A stretch of 64,000 nt of DNA. It comes from Eledone cirrhosa. Its lineage: Eukaryota. Position numbers and translations under genes: made by a program. Where the stretch lies: contig OZ024741.1 in the NCBI GenBank assembly GCA_964016885.1, positions 29,078,001 to 29,142,000 of the forward strand. The letters are read 5' to 3'. Below are positions 1-13,386 of this stretch, piece by piece. The number at the start of each line of letters is the position of its first letter. Position 1 is the stretch's first letter. The notes under the pieces were generated by a model that did not search any database, had not been told where the DNA came from, and worked only from the letters and a program-made list of their open reading frames with translations.

Positions 1-430
1 TGCGAAAACACCCGCCATGGGGTATGCAAAATCAAGCACGCACACAAAAAAACACGCACGCACATACAGAACCTACGCAACGCCGGTACTCGCACACATA
101 CGAACGTATACACCAAATGCACATAAACAATATATAAAAAAAATATAGTTCAAGAGTAAACAATCGTAAAGAGAGAGATGGAGTTAGGAGAGGAGATAGA
201 AGAGGAGAAGAGAGATTGGTGAATAAGTTAGAAGCCAAAGCATAAAGGCATGTGCTCAATATGCAATGTGCAGTGGAAGGTAGCTAGGTGGCTGGGTTCA
301 TGCAGTGGTTAGGTGCACAGAGCTGGAAATATTCATTAGTTAAGCAAAACAAGACCATAAATTTCACAAGGAAGACATTATTAAAAGATTGTCAACATAG
401 TTTTAGTTTAATGTAAGGTATGTAGATAAA

Positions 431-464
<34 letters not shown>

Positions 465-475
465 TTAATAATGTC

Positions 476-596
476 CGTATACAATTGTTTCGCTACTCCA
501 TATAATATTTCTGGATCAAATGATTATAGATCAGTATTGATCTGGTTCAGTTGAAGATAATTAAATTAGGTACAATTAGAGCACCTCATCGGAACT
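476..596 (-). ncRNA. Degenerate type-I hammerhead-like motif with long stem II (PLE terminal repeat)
   Basis: Minus strand reads CCGAUGA-GGUGCUCUA...UGGAGUAGC-GAAA-CAAUUG-UA. The stem II base pairs and stem III is palindromic. Stem I is weak and core U4 is changed to C. Confidence 0.45.
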
Positions 597-930
597 TCAA
601 AAGGAATTTATATTAAAATAAAGAATGTTACATGAATGTAATGTTCCATATATTGGTATTTCACTATGGTGTCCTGGGTATATCTATTGTCTGCCATAGT
701 CGAGCAGTATTCTTCTGTCGAGGCCGCATTGTGTGAGATATGCCTACGGGTAACAAGATGGCCGCCAATGGACATATTTACCTTACTAATTAGAGGGTGG
801 TTTCAGGGGAAGTAACTCCTCGAGAAATTAGAAATTGGCGCTAATTTTTTTATTGAGAGACAATGTGGGGGAGGTAACTTATAATTATCTAAGTTAGCTA
901 TAACTATTTAACTTATTAGCTATAAGTACT

Positions 931-3900
931 CCTCTACACGCCACACCATTAATCCCCCCTCCACTACCCTACACCTCCACACCATTAACCTCAATCCACT
1001 CCCCTAGACCTCCACACCATTAATCCCCCCTCCATAACCTCTAGACCTCCACTCCATTAATCCCGCTCCACACCATCAATCCCCGCGCCACACCTCTAGA
1101 CCTCCACACCATTAATCCTCCCTCCACTACCCTAAACACCATTCCATTATATCCCCACTCCCCTACACCCCACTCCATTAATCCCCCATCCATTCCCCTG
1201 GACCTCCACTCCATCAATCCCACCGACACACCTCTAAACCTCCACTCCATCAATCCCACCTCCACACTTCTAGACCTCCAATACATCAATCCCACCGCCA
1301 CACCTCTAGACCTCCACTCCACCGATCCCACCGCCACACCTCTAGACCTCCACTCCATCCATCCCACCGCCACACCTCTAGACCTCCACTCCATTAACCC
1401 CCCTCCACTCCCCTAGACCTCCACTCCATTAACCCCCTTCCACTCCCTTAGACCTCCACTCCATCAATCCCACCGCCACACCTCTAGACCTCCACTCCAT
1501 CAATCCACCTCCACACCTCTAGACCTCCTCTCCATCAATCCCACCGCCACACCTCTAGACCTCCACTCCACCAATCCCACCTCCACACCTCTAGACCTCC
1601 ACTCCACCAATCCCACCGCCACACCTCTAGACCTCCACTCCACCAAATCCACCGCCACACCTCTAGACCTCCACTCCATTAACCCCCTTCCACTCCCCTA
1701 GACCTCCACTCCACCAAATCCACCGCCACACCTCTAGACCTCCACTCCATTAACCCCCTTCCACACCTCTAGACCTCCACTCCACCAATCCCACCGCCAC
1801 ACCTCTAGACCTCCACTCCATTAAGCCCTTCCATTACCCTAGACCTCCACTCCATCAATCCCACCTCCACACCCCTAGACCTCCACTCCATTAACCCACT
1901 TCCACTCCCCTAGACCTCCACTCCACAAATCCCACCTCCACACCTCCAGACCTCCACTCCACCAATCCCACCGCCACACCTCTAGATCTCCACTCCATTA
2001 ACCCCCTTCCACTCCCCTAGACCTCCACACCATTAATCCCCCCTCCACACCTCAAGACCTCCACTCCATTAATCCCCCTCCACACCATCAAGCCCCCGCC
2101 ACACATCTAGACCTCCACACCATTAATCCTCCCACCACTACCCTAAACCCCATTCCATTATATCCCCACTCCCCTACACCCCACACCATTAATCCCCCCT
2201 CCACTCCCCTAGACCTCCACTCCATCAATCCCACCGCCACACCTCTAGACCTCCACTCCACCAATCCCACCACCACACCTCTAGACCTCCACTCCACCAA
2301 TCCCACCGCCACACCTCTAGACCCCCACTCCATTAACCCCCTTCCACTCCCCTAGACCTCCACTCCATCAATCCCACCTCCACACCTCTAGACCTCCACT
2401 CCACCAAATCCACCGCCACACCTCTAGACCTCCACTCCATTAACCCCCTTCCACTCCCCTAGACCTCCACTCCACCAAATCCACCGCCACACATCTAGAC
2501 CTCCACTCCATTAACCCCCTTCCACACCTCTAGACCTCCACACCATTAATCCCCCCTCCACACCTCAAGACCTCCACTCCACCAATCCCACCGCCACACC
2601 TCTAGATCTCCACTCCATTAACCCCCTTCCACTTCCCTAGACCTCCACACCATTAATCCCCCCTCCACACCTCAAGACCTCCACTCCATTAATCCCCCTC
2701 CACACCATCAATCCCCGCGCCACACATCTAGACCTCCACACCATTAATCCTCCCTCCACTACCCTAAACACCATTCCATTATATCCCCACTCCCCTACAC
2801 CCCACTCCATTAATCCCCCCTCCATTCCCCTGGACCTCCACTCCATCAATCCCACCGACACACCTCTAAACCTCCACTCCATCAATCCCACCTCCACACT
2901 TCTAGACCTCCAATACATCAATCCCACCGCCACACCTCTAGACCTCCACTCCACCGATTCCCACCGCCACACCTCTAGACCTCCACTCCATCCATCCCAC
3001 CGCCACACCTCTAGACCTCCACTCCATTAACCCCCTCCACTCCCCTAGACCTCCACTCCATTAACCCCCTTCCACTCCCCTAGACCTCCTCTCCATCAAT
3101 CCCACCGCCACACCTCTAGACCTCCACTCCACCAATCCCACCTCCACACCTCTAGACCTCCACTCCACCAATCCCACCGCCACACCTCTAGACCTCTACT
3201 CCACCAAATCCACCGCCACACCTCTAGACCTCCACTCCATTAACCCCCTTCCACTCCCCTAGACCTCCACTCCACCAAATCCACCGCCACACCTCTAGAC
3301 CTCCACTCCATTAACCCCCTTCCACACCTCTAGACCTCCACTCCACCAATCCCACCGCCACACCTCTAGACCTCCACTCCATTAAGCCCTTCCATTACCC
3401 TAGACCTCCACTCCATCAATCCCACCTCCACACCCCTAGACCTCCACTCCATTAACCCCCTTCCACTCCCCTAGACCTCCACTCCACAAATTCCACATCC
3501 ACACCTCCAGACCTCCACTCCACCAATCCCACCGCCACACCTCTAGATCTCCACTCCATTAACCCCCTTCCACTCCCCTAGACCTCCACACCATTAATCC
3601 CCCCTCCACACCTCAAGACCTCCACTCCATTAATCCCCCTCCACACCATCAATCCCCCGCCACACATCTAGACCTCCACACCATTAATCCTCCCACCACT
3701 ACCCTAAACCCTATTCCATTATATCCCCACTCCCCTACACCCCACACCATTAATCCCCCCTCCACTCCCCTAGACCTCCGCTCCATCAATCCCACCGCCA
3801 CACCTCTAGACCTCCACTCCACCAATCCCACCACCACACCTCTAGACCTCCACTCCACCAATCCCACCGCCACACCTCTAGACCCCCACTCCATTAACCC

Positions 3901-6900
3901 CCTTCCACTCCCCTAGACCTCCACTCCATCAATCCCACCTCCACACCTGTAGACCTCCACTCCACCGATCCCACCACCTCACCTCTAGACCTCCACTCAA
4001 CCGATCCCACCGCCAAACATCTAGACCTCCACTCCATCAATCCCACCGCCACACCTCTAGACCTCCGTCCACCAATCCCACCACCACACCTCTAGACCTC
4101 CACTCCACCAATCTCACCTCCACACCTCTAGACCTCCATTCCATTAATCCCCCCTCCACTCCTCTAGACCTCCACTCCATCAATCCCACCTCCACACCCC
4201 TAGACCTCCACTCCACCAATCCCACCGCCACTCCCCTAGACCTCCACTCCATCAATCCCACCGCCACACCTCTAGACCTCCACTCAAACAATCCCACCTC
4301 CACACCTCTAGACCTCCATTCCACCAATCCCACCGCCACACCTCTAGATCTCCACTCCATTAACCCACTTCCACTCCCCTAGACCTCCACTCCATTAAGC
4401 CCCTTCCACTCCCTAGACCTCCACTCCACCAATCCCACCGCAACACCTCTAGACCTCCACTCCATTAATCCCCTTCCAAACCTCTAGACCTCCACTCCAC
4501 CAATCCCACGTCCACATCTCTAGACCTCCCTCCATTAACCCCCTTCCACTCCCCTAGAACTCCACGCCATTAACCCCCTTCCACTCCCCTAGACCTCCAC
4601 TCCATTAACCCCCATCCACTCCCCTAGACCTCCACTGCATTAACCCCTTCCACTCCCCTAGACCTCCACTCCACCAATCCCCCGCCACACCTCTAGACCT
4701 CCACTCCATTAACTCCCTTCCACACCTCTAGACCTCCACTCCACCAATCCCACCGCCACACCTCTAGACCTCCACTCCATTAATCCCCTTCCACTCCCCT
4801 AGACCTCCACTCCATCAATCCCACCTCCACACCTCTAGACCTCCAGTCCATTAACCCCCTTCCACTCCCCTACACCTCCACTCCACCAATCCCACCTCCA
4901 CACCTCTAGACCTCCACTCCATTAACCCCCTTCCACTCCCCTAGAACTCCACACCATTAATCCCCCCTCCACACCTCTAGACCTCCACTCCATTAATCCC
5001 CTCCACACCATCAATCCCCCGCCGCACCTCTAGACCTCCACATCATTAATCCTCCCACCACTACCCTAAACCCCATTCCATTATATCACCGCTCCCCTTC
5101 ACCCCACTCCATTAATCCCCCTCCACTCCCCTAGACCTCCACTCCATCAATCCCACCGCCAGACCTCTAGACCTCCACTCCACCAATCCCACCACCACAC
5201 CTCTAGACCTTCACTCCATTAACCCCCTTCCACTCCCCTAGAACTCCACTCCATTAACCCCCTTCCACTCCCCTAGACCTCCACTCCATTAACCCCCATC
5301 CCCTCCCCTAGACCTCCACTGCATTAACCGCTTCCACTCCCCTAGTCCCGCACTCCATCAATCCCCCTCCACACCTTTAGACCTCCACTCCACCAATCCT
5401 ACCACCACACCTCTAGACCTCCACTCCACCAATCCTACCACCACACCTCTAGACCTCCACTCCAACAATCCCACCGCCACACCTCTAGACCTCCACTCCA
5501 CCAATCCCACAGCCACACCTCTAGACCTCCACTCCACCAATCCCACCGCCACACCTCTAGACCTCCACACCATTAATCCTCCCACCACTACCCTGAACCC
5601 CATTCCATTTTATATCCCCACCCCCCTACACCCCACACCATTAATCTCCCCTCCACTCCCCTAGACCTCCACTCCATCAATCCCACCGCCACACCCCTAG
5701 ACCTCCACTCCACCAATCCCACCACCACACCTCTAGACCTCCACTCCACCAATCCCACCGCCACACCTCTAGACCTCCACTCCACCAATCCCACCGCCAC
5801 ACCTCTAGACCTCCACTCCATTAACCCCCTTCCACTCCCCTAGACCTTCACTCCACCAAATCCACCGCCACACCTCTAGACCTCCACTCCATTAACCCCT
5901 TCCACTCCCCTAGACCTCCACTCCACCAATCCTACCTCCACACCTCTAGACCTCCACTCCACCAATCCCACCGCCAAATCTATAGACCCCACTCCATTAA
6001 TCCCCTTCCACTCCCCTAGATCTCCACTCCATTAACCCCCTTCCACACCTCTAGATCTCCACTCCACCAATCCCACCGCCACACCTCTAGACCTCCACTC
6101 CATTAAGCCCCTTCCACTCCCCTAGACCTCCACTCCATCAATCCCACCTCCACACCCCTAGACCTCCACTCCATTAACCCCCTTCCACTCCCCTAGACCT
6201 CCACTCCACCAATTCCACCTCCACACCTCTAGAGCGACACTCCACCAATCCCACCGCCACACCTCTAGACCTCCACTCCATTAACCCTCTTCCACTCCCC
6301 TAGACCTCCACTCCACCAATCCCACCGCCACACCTCTAGATCTCAACTCCATTAACCCCCTTCCACTCCCCTAGACCTCCACACCATTAATCCCCCCTCC
6401 ACACCTCTAGACCTCCACTCCATTAATCCCCCTCCACACCATCAATCCCCCGCCACACCTCTAGACCTCCACACCATTAATCCTCCCACCACTACCCTAA
6501 ACCCCATTCCATTATATCCCCACTCCCCTACACCCCACACCATTAATCCCCCCTCCACTCCCCTAGACCTCCACTCCATCAATCCCACCGCCACACCTCT
6601 AGACCTCCACTCGACCAATCCCACCACCACACCTCTAGACCCCCACTCCATTAACCCCCTTCCACTCCCCTAGACCTCCAATCCTTCAATCCCACCTCCA
6701 CACCTGTAGACCTCCACTCCACCGATCCCACCACCTCACCTCTAGACCTCCACTCAACCGATCCCACCGACAAACCTCTAGACCTCTACTCCATCAATCC
6801 CACCGCCACACCTCTAGACCTCCACTCCACTAATCTCACCTCCACACCTCTAGACCTCCATTCCATTAATCCCCCCTCCACTCCCCTAGACCTCCACTCC

Positions 6901-9500
6901 ATCAATCCCACCTCCACACCCCTAGACCTCCACTCCACCAATCCCGCCGCCACTCCCCTAGACCTCCACTCCATCAATCCCACCGCCACACCTCTAGACC
7001 TCCACTCCACCAATCCCACCACCACACCTCTAGACCTCCACTCCACCAATCCCACCACCACACCTCTAGACCTCCACTCCATCAATCCCACCTCCACACC
7101 CCTAGACCTCCACTCCACCAATCCCGCCGCCACTCCCCTAGACCTCCACTCCATCAATCCCACCGCCACACCTCTAGACCTCCATTCCACCAATCCCACC
7201 GCCACACCTCTAGATCTCCACTCCATTAACCCACTTCACTCCCCTAGACCTCCACTCCATTAAGCCCCTTCCACTCCCTAGACCTCCACTCCACCAATCG
7301 AACCGCAACACCTCTAGACCTCCACTCCATTAATCCCCTTCCAAACCTCTAGACCTCCACACCACCAATCCCACGTCCACATCTTTAGACCTCCACTCCA
7401 TTAACCCCCTTCCACTCCCCTAGACCTCCACTCCATTAACCCCCTTCCACTCCCCTAGACCTCCACTCCATTAACCCCCATCCACTCCCCTAGAGCTCCA
7501 CTGCATTAACCCCTTCCACTCCCCTAGACCTCCACTCCACCAATCCCACCGCCACACCTCTAGACCTCCACTCCATTAACTCCCTTCCACACCTCTAGAC
7601 CTCCACTCCACCAATCCCACCGCCACACCTCTAGACCTCCACTCCATTAATCCCCTTCCACTCCCCTAGACCTCCACTCCATCAATCCCACCTCCACACC
7701 TCTAGACCTCCACTCCATTAACCCCCTTCCACTCCCCTACACCTCCACTCCACCAATCCCACCTCCACACCTCTAGACCTCCACTCCACCAATCCCACCG
7801 CCACACCTCTAGACCTCCACTCCATTAACCCCCTTCCACTCCCCTAGAACTCCACACCATTAATCCCCCCTCCACACCTCTAGACCTCCACACCATTAAT
7901 CCTCCCACCACTACCCTAAACCCCATTCCATTATATCACCGCTCCCCTTCACCCCACTCCATTAATCCCCCCTCCACTCCCCTAGACCTCCACTCCATCA
8001 ATCCCACCGCCACACCTCTAGACCTCCACTCCACCAATCCCACCACCACACCTCTAGACCTCCACCAATCCCACCGCATCACCTCTAGACCCCCACTCCA
8101 TTAACCCCCTTCCACTCCTCTAGTCCCCCACTCCTTCAATCCCACCTCCACACCTCTAGACCTCCACTCCACCAATCCCACCACCGCACCTCTAGACCTC
8201 CACTCCAACAATCCCACCGCCACACCTCTAGACCTCCAATCCATCAATACCACCGCCACACCTCTAGACCTCCCCTCCACCAATCCCACCGCCACACCTC
8301 TAGACCTCCACTCCACCAATCCCACCTCCACACCTCTAGACCTCCACTCCATTAATCCCCCTCCACACCAGCAATCCCCCGCCACACCTCTAGACCTCCA
8401 CACCATTAATCCTCCCACCACTACCCTAAACCCCATTCCATTTTATATCCCCACCCCCCTACACCCCACACCATTAATCTCCCCTCCACTCCCCTAGACC
8501 TCCACTCCATCAATCCCACCGCCACACCTCTAGACCTCCACTCCACCAATCCCACCACCACACCTCTAGACCTCCACTCCACCAATCCCACCGCCACACC
8601 TCTAGACCTCCTCTCCACCAATCCCACCGCCACACCTCTAGACCTCCACTCCACCAATCCCACCACCACACCTCTAGACCTCCACTCCACCAATCCCACC
8701 TCCACACCTCTAGACCTCCACTCCATCAATCCCACCGCCACACCTCTTGACCTCCACTCCACCGAACCCACCGCCACACCTCTAGACCTCCTCTCCACCA
8801 ATCCCACCGCCACACCTCTAGACCTCCACTCCACCAAACCCACCGCCACACCTCTAGACCTCCTCTCCTCCAATCCCACCTCCACACCTCTATACCTCCA
8901 CTCCATTAATCCCCCCTCCACTCCCCTAGACCTCCACTCCATCAATCCCACCTCCACACTTCTAGACCTCCACTCCACCAATCCCACCGCCACTCCCCTA
9001 GACCTCCACTCCATCAATCCCACCGCCACACCTATAGACCTCCACTCCACCAATCCCACCTCCACACCTCTAGACCTCCACTCCACCAATCCCACCGCCA
9101 CACCTCTAGACCTCCACTCCTTTAACCCCCTTCCACTCCCCTAGACCTCCACTCCATTAACCCCCTTCCACTCCCTAGACCTCCACTTCACCAATCCCAC
9201 CGTCACACCTCTAGACCTCCACTCCATTAACCCACTTCCCCTCCCCTAGACCTCCACTCCACCAATTCCACCGCCACACCTCTAGACCTCCACTCCATTA
9301 ACCCCCTTCCACTCCCCTAGACCTCCACTCCATTAACCCCCTTCCATCCCCTAGACCTTCACTCCATTAACCCCCTTCGTCTCCCCTAACCTCCACTCCA
9401 TTAACCCCCTTCCACTCCCCTAGACCTCCACTCCATTAACCCCCTTCCACTCCCCTAGACCTCCACTCCATTAACCCCTTCCACTCCCCTAGACCTCCAC
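931..9500. repeat. 36-bp C-rich minisatellite array with higher-order structure
   Basis: Tandem units such as CTAGACCTCCACTCCACCAATCCCACCGCCACACCT alternate with a CTAGACCTCCACTCCATTAACCCCCTTCCACTCCC variant. These give the 12-aa periodic MEWRSRGVAVGL ORFs. Confidence 0.97.
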
Positions 9501-9534
9501 TATCACTTCATATAAAATTTAAATTTAAATTTAA

Positions 9535-10335
9535 GGTGTGTTAGCTGTTGGTGGTGTAGTGTGGTGTGGTGGTGGTGTGGTGTGGTGGTGTAGTGTGGTA
9601 TGGTGGTGTGGTGGTGGTATGGTGTGGTGATGGTGTGATGTAGTGTGGTGTGGTTGTGGTGTAGTGTGGTGTGGTGTAGTCTGGTATGGTGGTGTGGTGG
9701 TGGTATGGTGTGGTGGTGGTGTGATGTAGTGTGGTGTGGTGGTGTTGTAGTGTGGGGTGGTGTGGTGGTGGTGTAGTGTTGTGTTGTGTGATGGTGTGGT
9801 GTAGTGTGGTGTGATGTAGTGTGGTGTGGTGAGGTGGTGTGGTGGTGTGGTGGTGTGGTGTAGTGTGGTGGTGGTGTAGTGTGGTGAGGTGTGGTGTGGT
9901 GGTGGTGTAGTGGTGTGTTTGCTGTTGGTGGTGTAGTGTGGTGTGGTGTAGTGTGGTGTGGTGTGGTGTAGTGTGGTGGTGTGGTGGTGTGGTGGTGTGG
10001 TGTTGGTGGGGTGATGGTGGTGGTGTAGTGTGGTGGTGCGGTGTGGTGTAGTGGTCTGGTGGTGTGGTGTAGTGGTGTGGTGGTGTGGTGGTGTGGTGGT
10101 GGTGTGGTGGTGGTGTGGTGTAGTGGTGTGGTGGTGTAGTGGTCTGGTGTGTTTGCTGTTGGTGGCGTGGTGGTGTAGTGGTGGTAAGGTGTGTTAGCTG
10201 TTGGTGGTGTGGTTGTGTCGTGGTGTAGTGGCGTGGTGATGGTGGTGGTGTAGTGGTGTGGTGGTGGTGTGGTGTAGTGGTGGTGTAGTGGTGGTGTGGT
10301 AGTGTGGTGGTGTAGTGGTGTGGTGGTTGTGGCAG
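9535..10335. repeat. G-rich (GGT/GTGTG/GTAGT)n low-complexity repeat
   Basis: Directly visible; source of the spurious His/Thr/Pro ORF 9541-10446. Confidence 0.95.
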
Positions 10336-10730
10336 TGATGGTGTTAATGATGGCTGTGATCTTTCAAAAAATCCAGTACCACATAATCCAACATATTTTC
10401 GAAGGAGGGAGATTGGACTGTTATTTCTAACGGATCGAATGATCATGTAATGTATCCTTCATTCACTTGTTTTCGTGTGGCTATTCACGGACGCCATGAT
10501 CTTTTGGGGCGTATTCTTGCCTTGGTTTATTATAGCCTAGACACAGTTGTAGAACGGCCGCTGTATTGAAAACAACATATATTTAACAATAAAAATACTG
10601 TATGCTTAACTCCAGTTTCCGTTTAAGAGGTTTAAAATTTATGTTCAAGCGACGATTTCTGGTAACCTTGGATCAAAAACAGTCCACGGAATACAGATAA
10701 GGTGCGACAGTCACTACGTTGAAAAGATCA

Positions 10731-10980
10731 TTTCTTCTTTGTCTACTTATTCCTGAGAAGATCGTGGGAGCAGAGTCCTCAAACACTCCTTCTAGTGGGT
10801 CCTGTCAGAAGCAACCGTTTCCAACTGCTCCGGCTGGATCCCCAAGCGAGACCAGCCAAGCTCAGGGATGTTATCCAATCATTTTGCTCAGGGTCTACCT
10901 CTGGGTTTCTCGCCAGTTAGTTTTGCTCGTAAAATCTGTCCAGCGATTCTTTCATGAGACATTCTAACCACATGCCCATA
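10731..10980 (-). mobile_element. RTE-clade LINE 3' fragment
   Basis: Translation YGHVVRMSHERIAGQILRAKLTGEKPRGRP matches the RTE ORF C-terminus; short GAA tail at about 10731-10741. Confidence 0.8.
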
Positions 10981-11340
10981 GTGGACTCCGAGCAAGATGG
11001 TTGGATAACATCCATGAGCTTGGCTGGTCTCGCTTGGGGATCCAGCCGGAGCAGTTGAAACGGTTGCTTCTGACAAGACCCGCCGGAAGGAGTGTTTGAG
11101 GACCATTTCAGCACAACCCACTCAGGAATAAGTGAGCGAAGAGGGAGAAGAAGAAGAGGGTGAGGAAACAGAAGAAGAAGAAGAAGAAGAAGAAGAAGAA
11201 GAAGAAGAAGAAGAAGAAGAAGAAGAAGAAGAAGAAGAAGAAGAAGAAGAAGAAGAAGAAGAAGAAGAAGAAGAAGAAGAAGAAGAAGAAGAAGAAGAAG
11301 AAGAAGAAGAAGAAGAAGAAGAAGAAGAAGAAGAAGAAGA
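10981..11340 (+). mobile_element. RTE-clade LINE 3' fragment with long (GAA)n tail
   Basis: Diverged reverse complement of about 10745-10897, followed directly by a GAA run to 11340. Confidence 0.8.
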
Positions 11341-11521
11341 ATATCTATGTTCCAACGTCCCCCAAACATGTGTAAAGGAAGCTAACTAGGGAAGGGAAGA
11401 GCATTGTTTGTATTTGCTATTAATCCCTGATCTCCATCTGTTATATTTCAATTGCTGGTGGAATCGTAATAACATACAGCACCATCATAACACAACGGCC
11501 CCGTCATGACATACAGCATAC

Positions 11522-11561
11522 CTTGAGCTTCTTAAACACGACGGAGCCCTTCTGCCTGTCT
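11522..11561 (-). CDS. Candidate 40-nt host exon ([14 protein letters not shown])
   Basis: (CT)n pyrimidine tract plus GGATCAG acceptor; AAG|GTATGC donor; open frame; start phase matches the end phase of candidate exon 22328-22558. Confidence 0.45.
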
Positions 11562-11566
11562 CTGAT

Positions 11567-11663
<97 letters not shown>

Positions 11664-11894
11664 AAGAGAGAGAAAGAGAGAGAAAGAGAGGGAGAGAGAG
11701 AGTGGGAAAGAGAGGGCGGGGGAGAGAGGTACGCACACACATATGTATATTATTTGTGTAACAACAATTATAGGCGGTGCACATATAAGCTCGCATATCT
11801 GACGAGATATCGAAAAAGAGTCGGGTCTCGTCACCTTGATTGATAAGGTGCTGATCGGTAAAGAAACAACTGTAATATGCAAATAAAGTTAATA

Positions 11895-12070
11895 TAAGGT
11901 AAACAGAAATAACAACACAATGGGTACAGTATATGGAATGAATATATTAGGTTAACGCTTGAAATAGCAGGAAGAGGGACTTAACGTTTCGGACGGTAGT
12001 CTTTCATCAGAAGAAAGAATGAGAAATTAGAAAAATTGAAGGGACGGGCTAGGTCGAATTGGAAAAAAAA
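11895..12070 (-). mobile_element. PLE-type terminal repeat carrying a minimal hammerhead (11979-12014)
   Basis: Minus strand UCUU-CUGAUGA-AAGAC-UACC-GUCC-GAAA-CG-UU-AAGU; homologous copy at 57037-57215. Confidence 0.7.
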
Positions 12071-12071
12071 T

Positions 12072-12138
<67 letters not shown>

Positions 12139-12252
12139 TAAAAAAAGACACCAAATACATTAATACATTAAATGCAGATTAACGAACGTTTATTTGAGAT
12201 TTCTGTACCGTCTTCACCTATAGTTATAACCTCATATATTGTTTTTGTAATA

Positions 12253-12301
<49 letters not shown>

Positions 12302-12786
12302 GATATATATAAGTTTATCCCGGGTTCAATCGGGGGGTAACCACAGTAAGTAAGGTACTCAATATAAAGAAGGGTATAAATATTAATATAGAAATGGCTT
12401 CTACAGGACTAGAAATAATATTGTGTTATGTATATGAACGTGTCAGTGTGTTATTGAACAAGTGTCATTCATTCGAGCGTTATTCGTTCTATAGATAGTT
12501 ATAAGATAAGGCAATATTAAAGACCATTAAGGTTTTTTCCCTTGTTGGTTATTTACGTCTGAAAACCAAGTTTAATGGCTTAGTGTTTTTCTCTCTTTTT
12601 TTCTGGTCTTATGGCAGGCTAGGAATGTAGACGTAGCTTTATGAAGGCAATTAGAGAATAATTCACTTTTTTTGTTAATTAGGGTCTCATAGTTATTAAT
12701 CAACAGGGTCTCCATTGTAAATCGTTCGCCTCCTCCCTGCTTCGGTCGCAGTTAGAACACCAATTGCAAAATTAATCTTTAATGCT

Positions 12787-13386
12787 TTGGACACCTCTTT
12801 CCCTACTCAACATAAATACCATTCCATTTTTAATAGACACACCATTAAATTGTCCTATTCTACAACTATGAGGATGGCCCCAAACATTGCTAAATTAAAC
12901 ACTAAAATTCTAAAACAAAACCAGCATAATGATCTTAATAATAGCGTTAACATAAATGATACTAAACCAAAATGTAATTGTAGAAATAAAACTGACTGCC
13001 CTCTGGAAAATAATTGTCTAGATAGTAATTTGGTTTATAAATGCACCGTAAAAACTGATCACAACACATACAACTACATAGGATCGACTTCTTCTAGATT
13101 TAAAGCCAGATTTGCGAACCATAAATGCTCATTCTTGAACTCCAAGAGGAAATCATCCACTTCTTTATCACAGCTCATATGGTCATTAAAAGAGAGGAAT
13201 TTTAAATACTCCATTCTTTGGACGAAACTTCGGAATTGTGGAGTTTACCGCAACTATAGTATATCAAATAACTGCGTGCTCTGTACAATGGAGACCCTGT
13301 TGATTATTAATAACTATGAGACCCTAATTAACAAAAAAGTGAATTATTCTCTAATTGCCTTCATAAAGCTACGTCTACATTCCTAG
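12787..13386 (+). pseudogene. PLE RT-thumb/linker plus GIY-YIG endonuclease C-terminal fragment
   Basis: HTIKLSYS...CNCRNKTDCPLENNC...LVYKC...YIGST...FKARFANH...CVLCTME...LINKK. Confidence 0.88.

Noticed and set aside
1041-9101. Repetitive MEWRSRGV proteins
   Set aside because: Translations of a minisatellite with frequent frameshifts and stops.
931-9500. CRISPR array (36-bp repeats)
   Set aside because: Units are contiguous with no unique spacers, there are no cas genes, and the context is eukaryotic.
9541-10446. 301-aa His/Thr/Pro-rich protein or telomeric repeat
   Set aside because: Low-complexity GGT repeat; not TTAGGG; no supporting gene structure.
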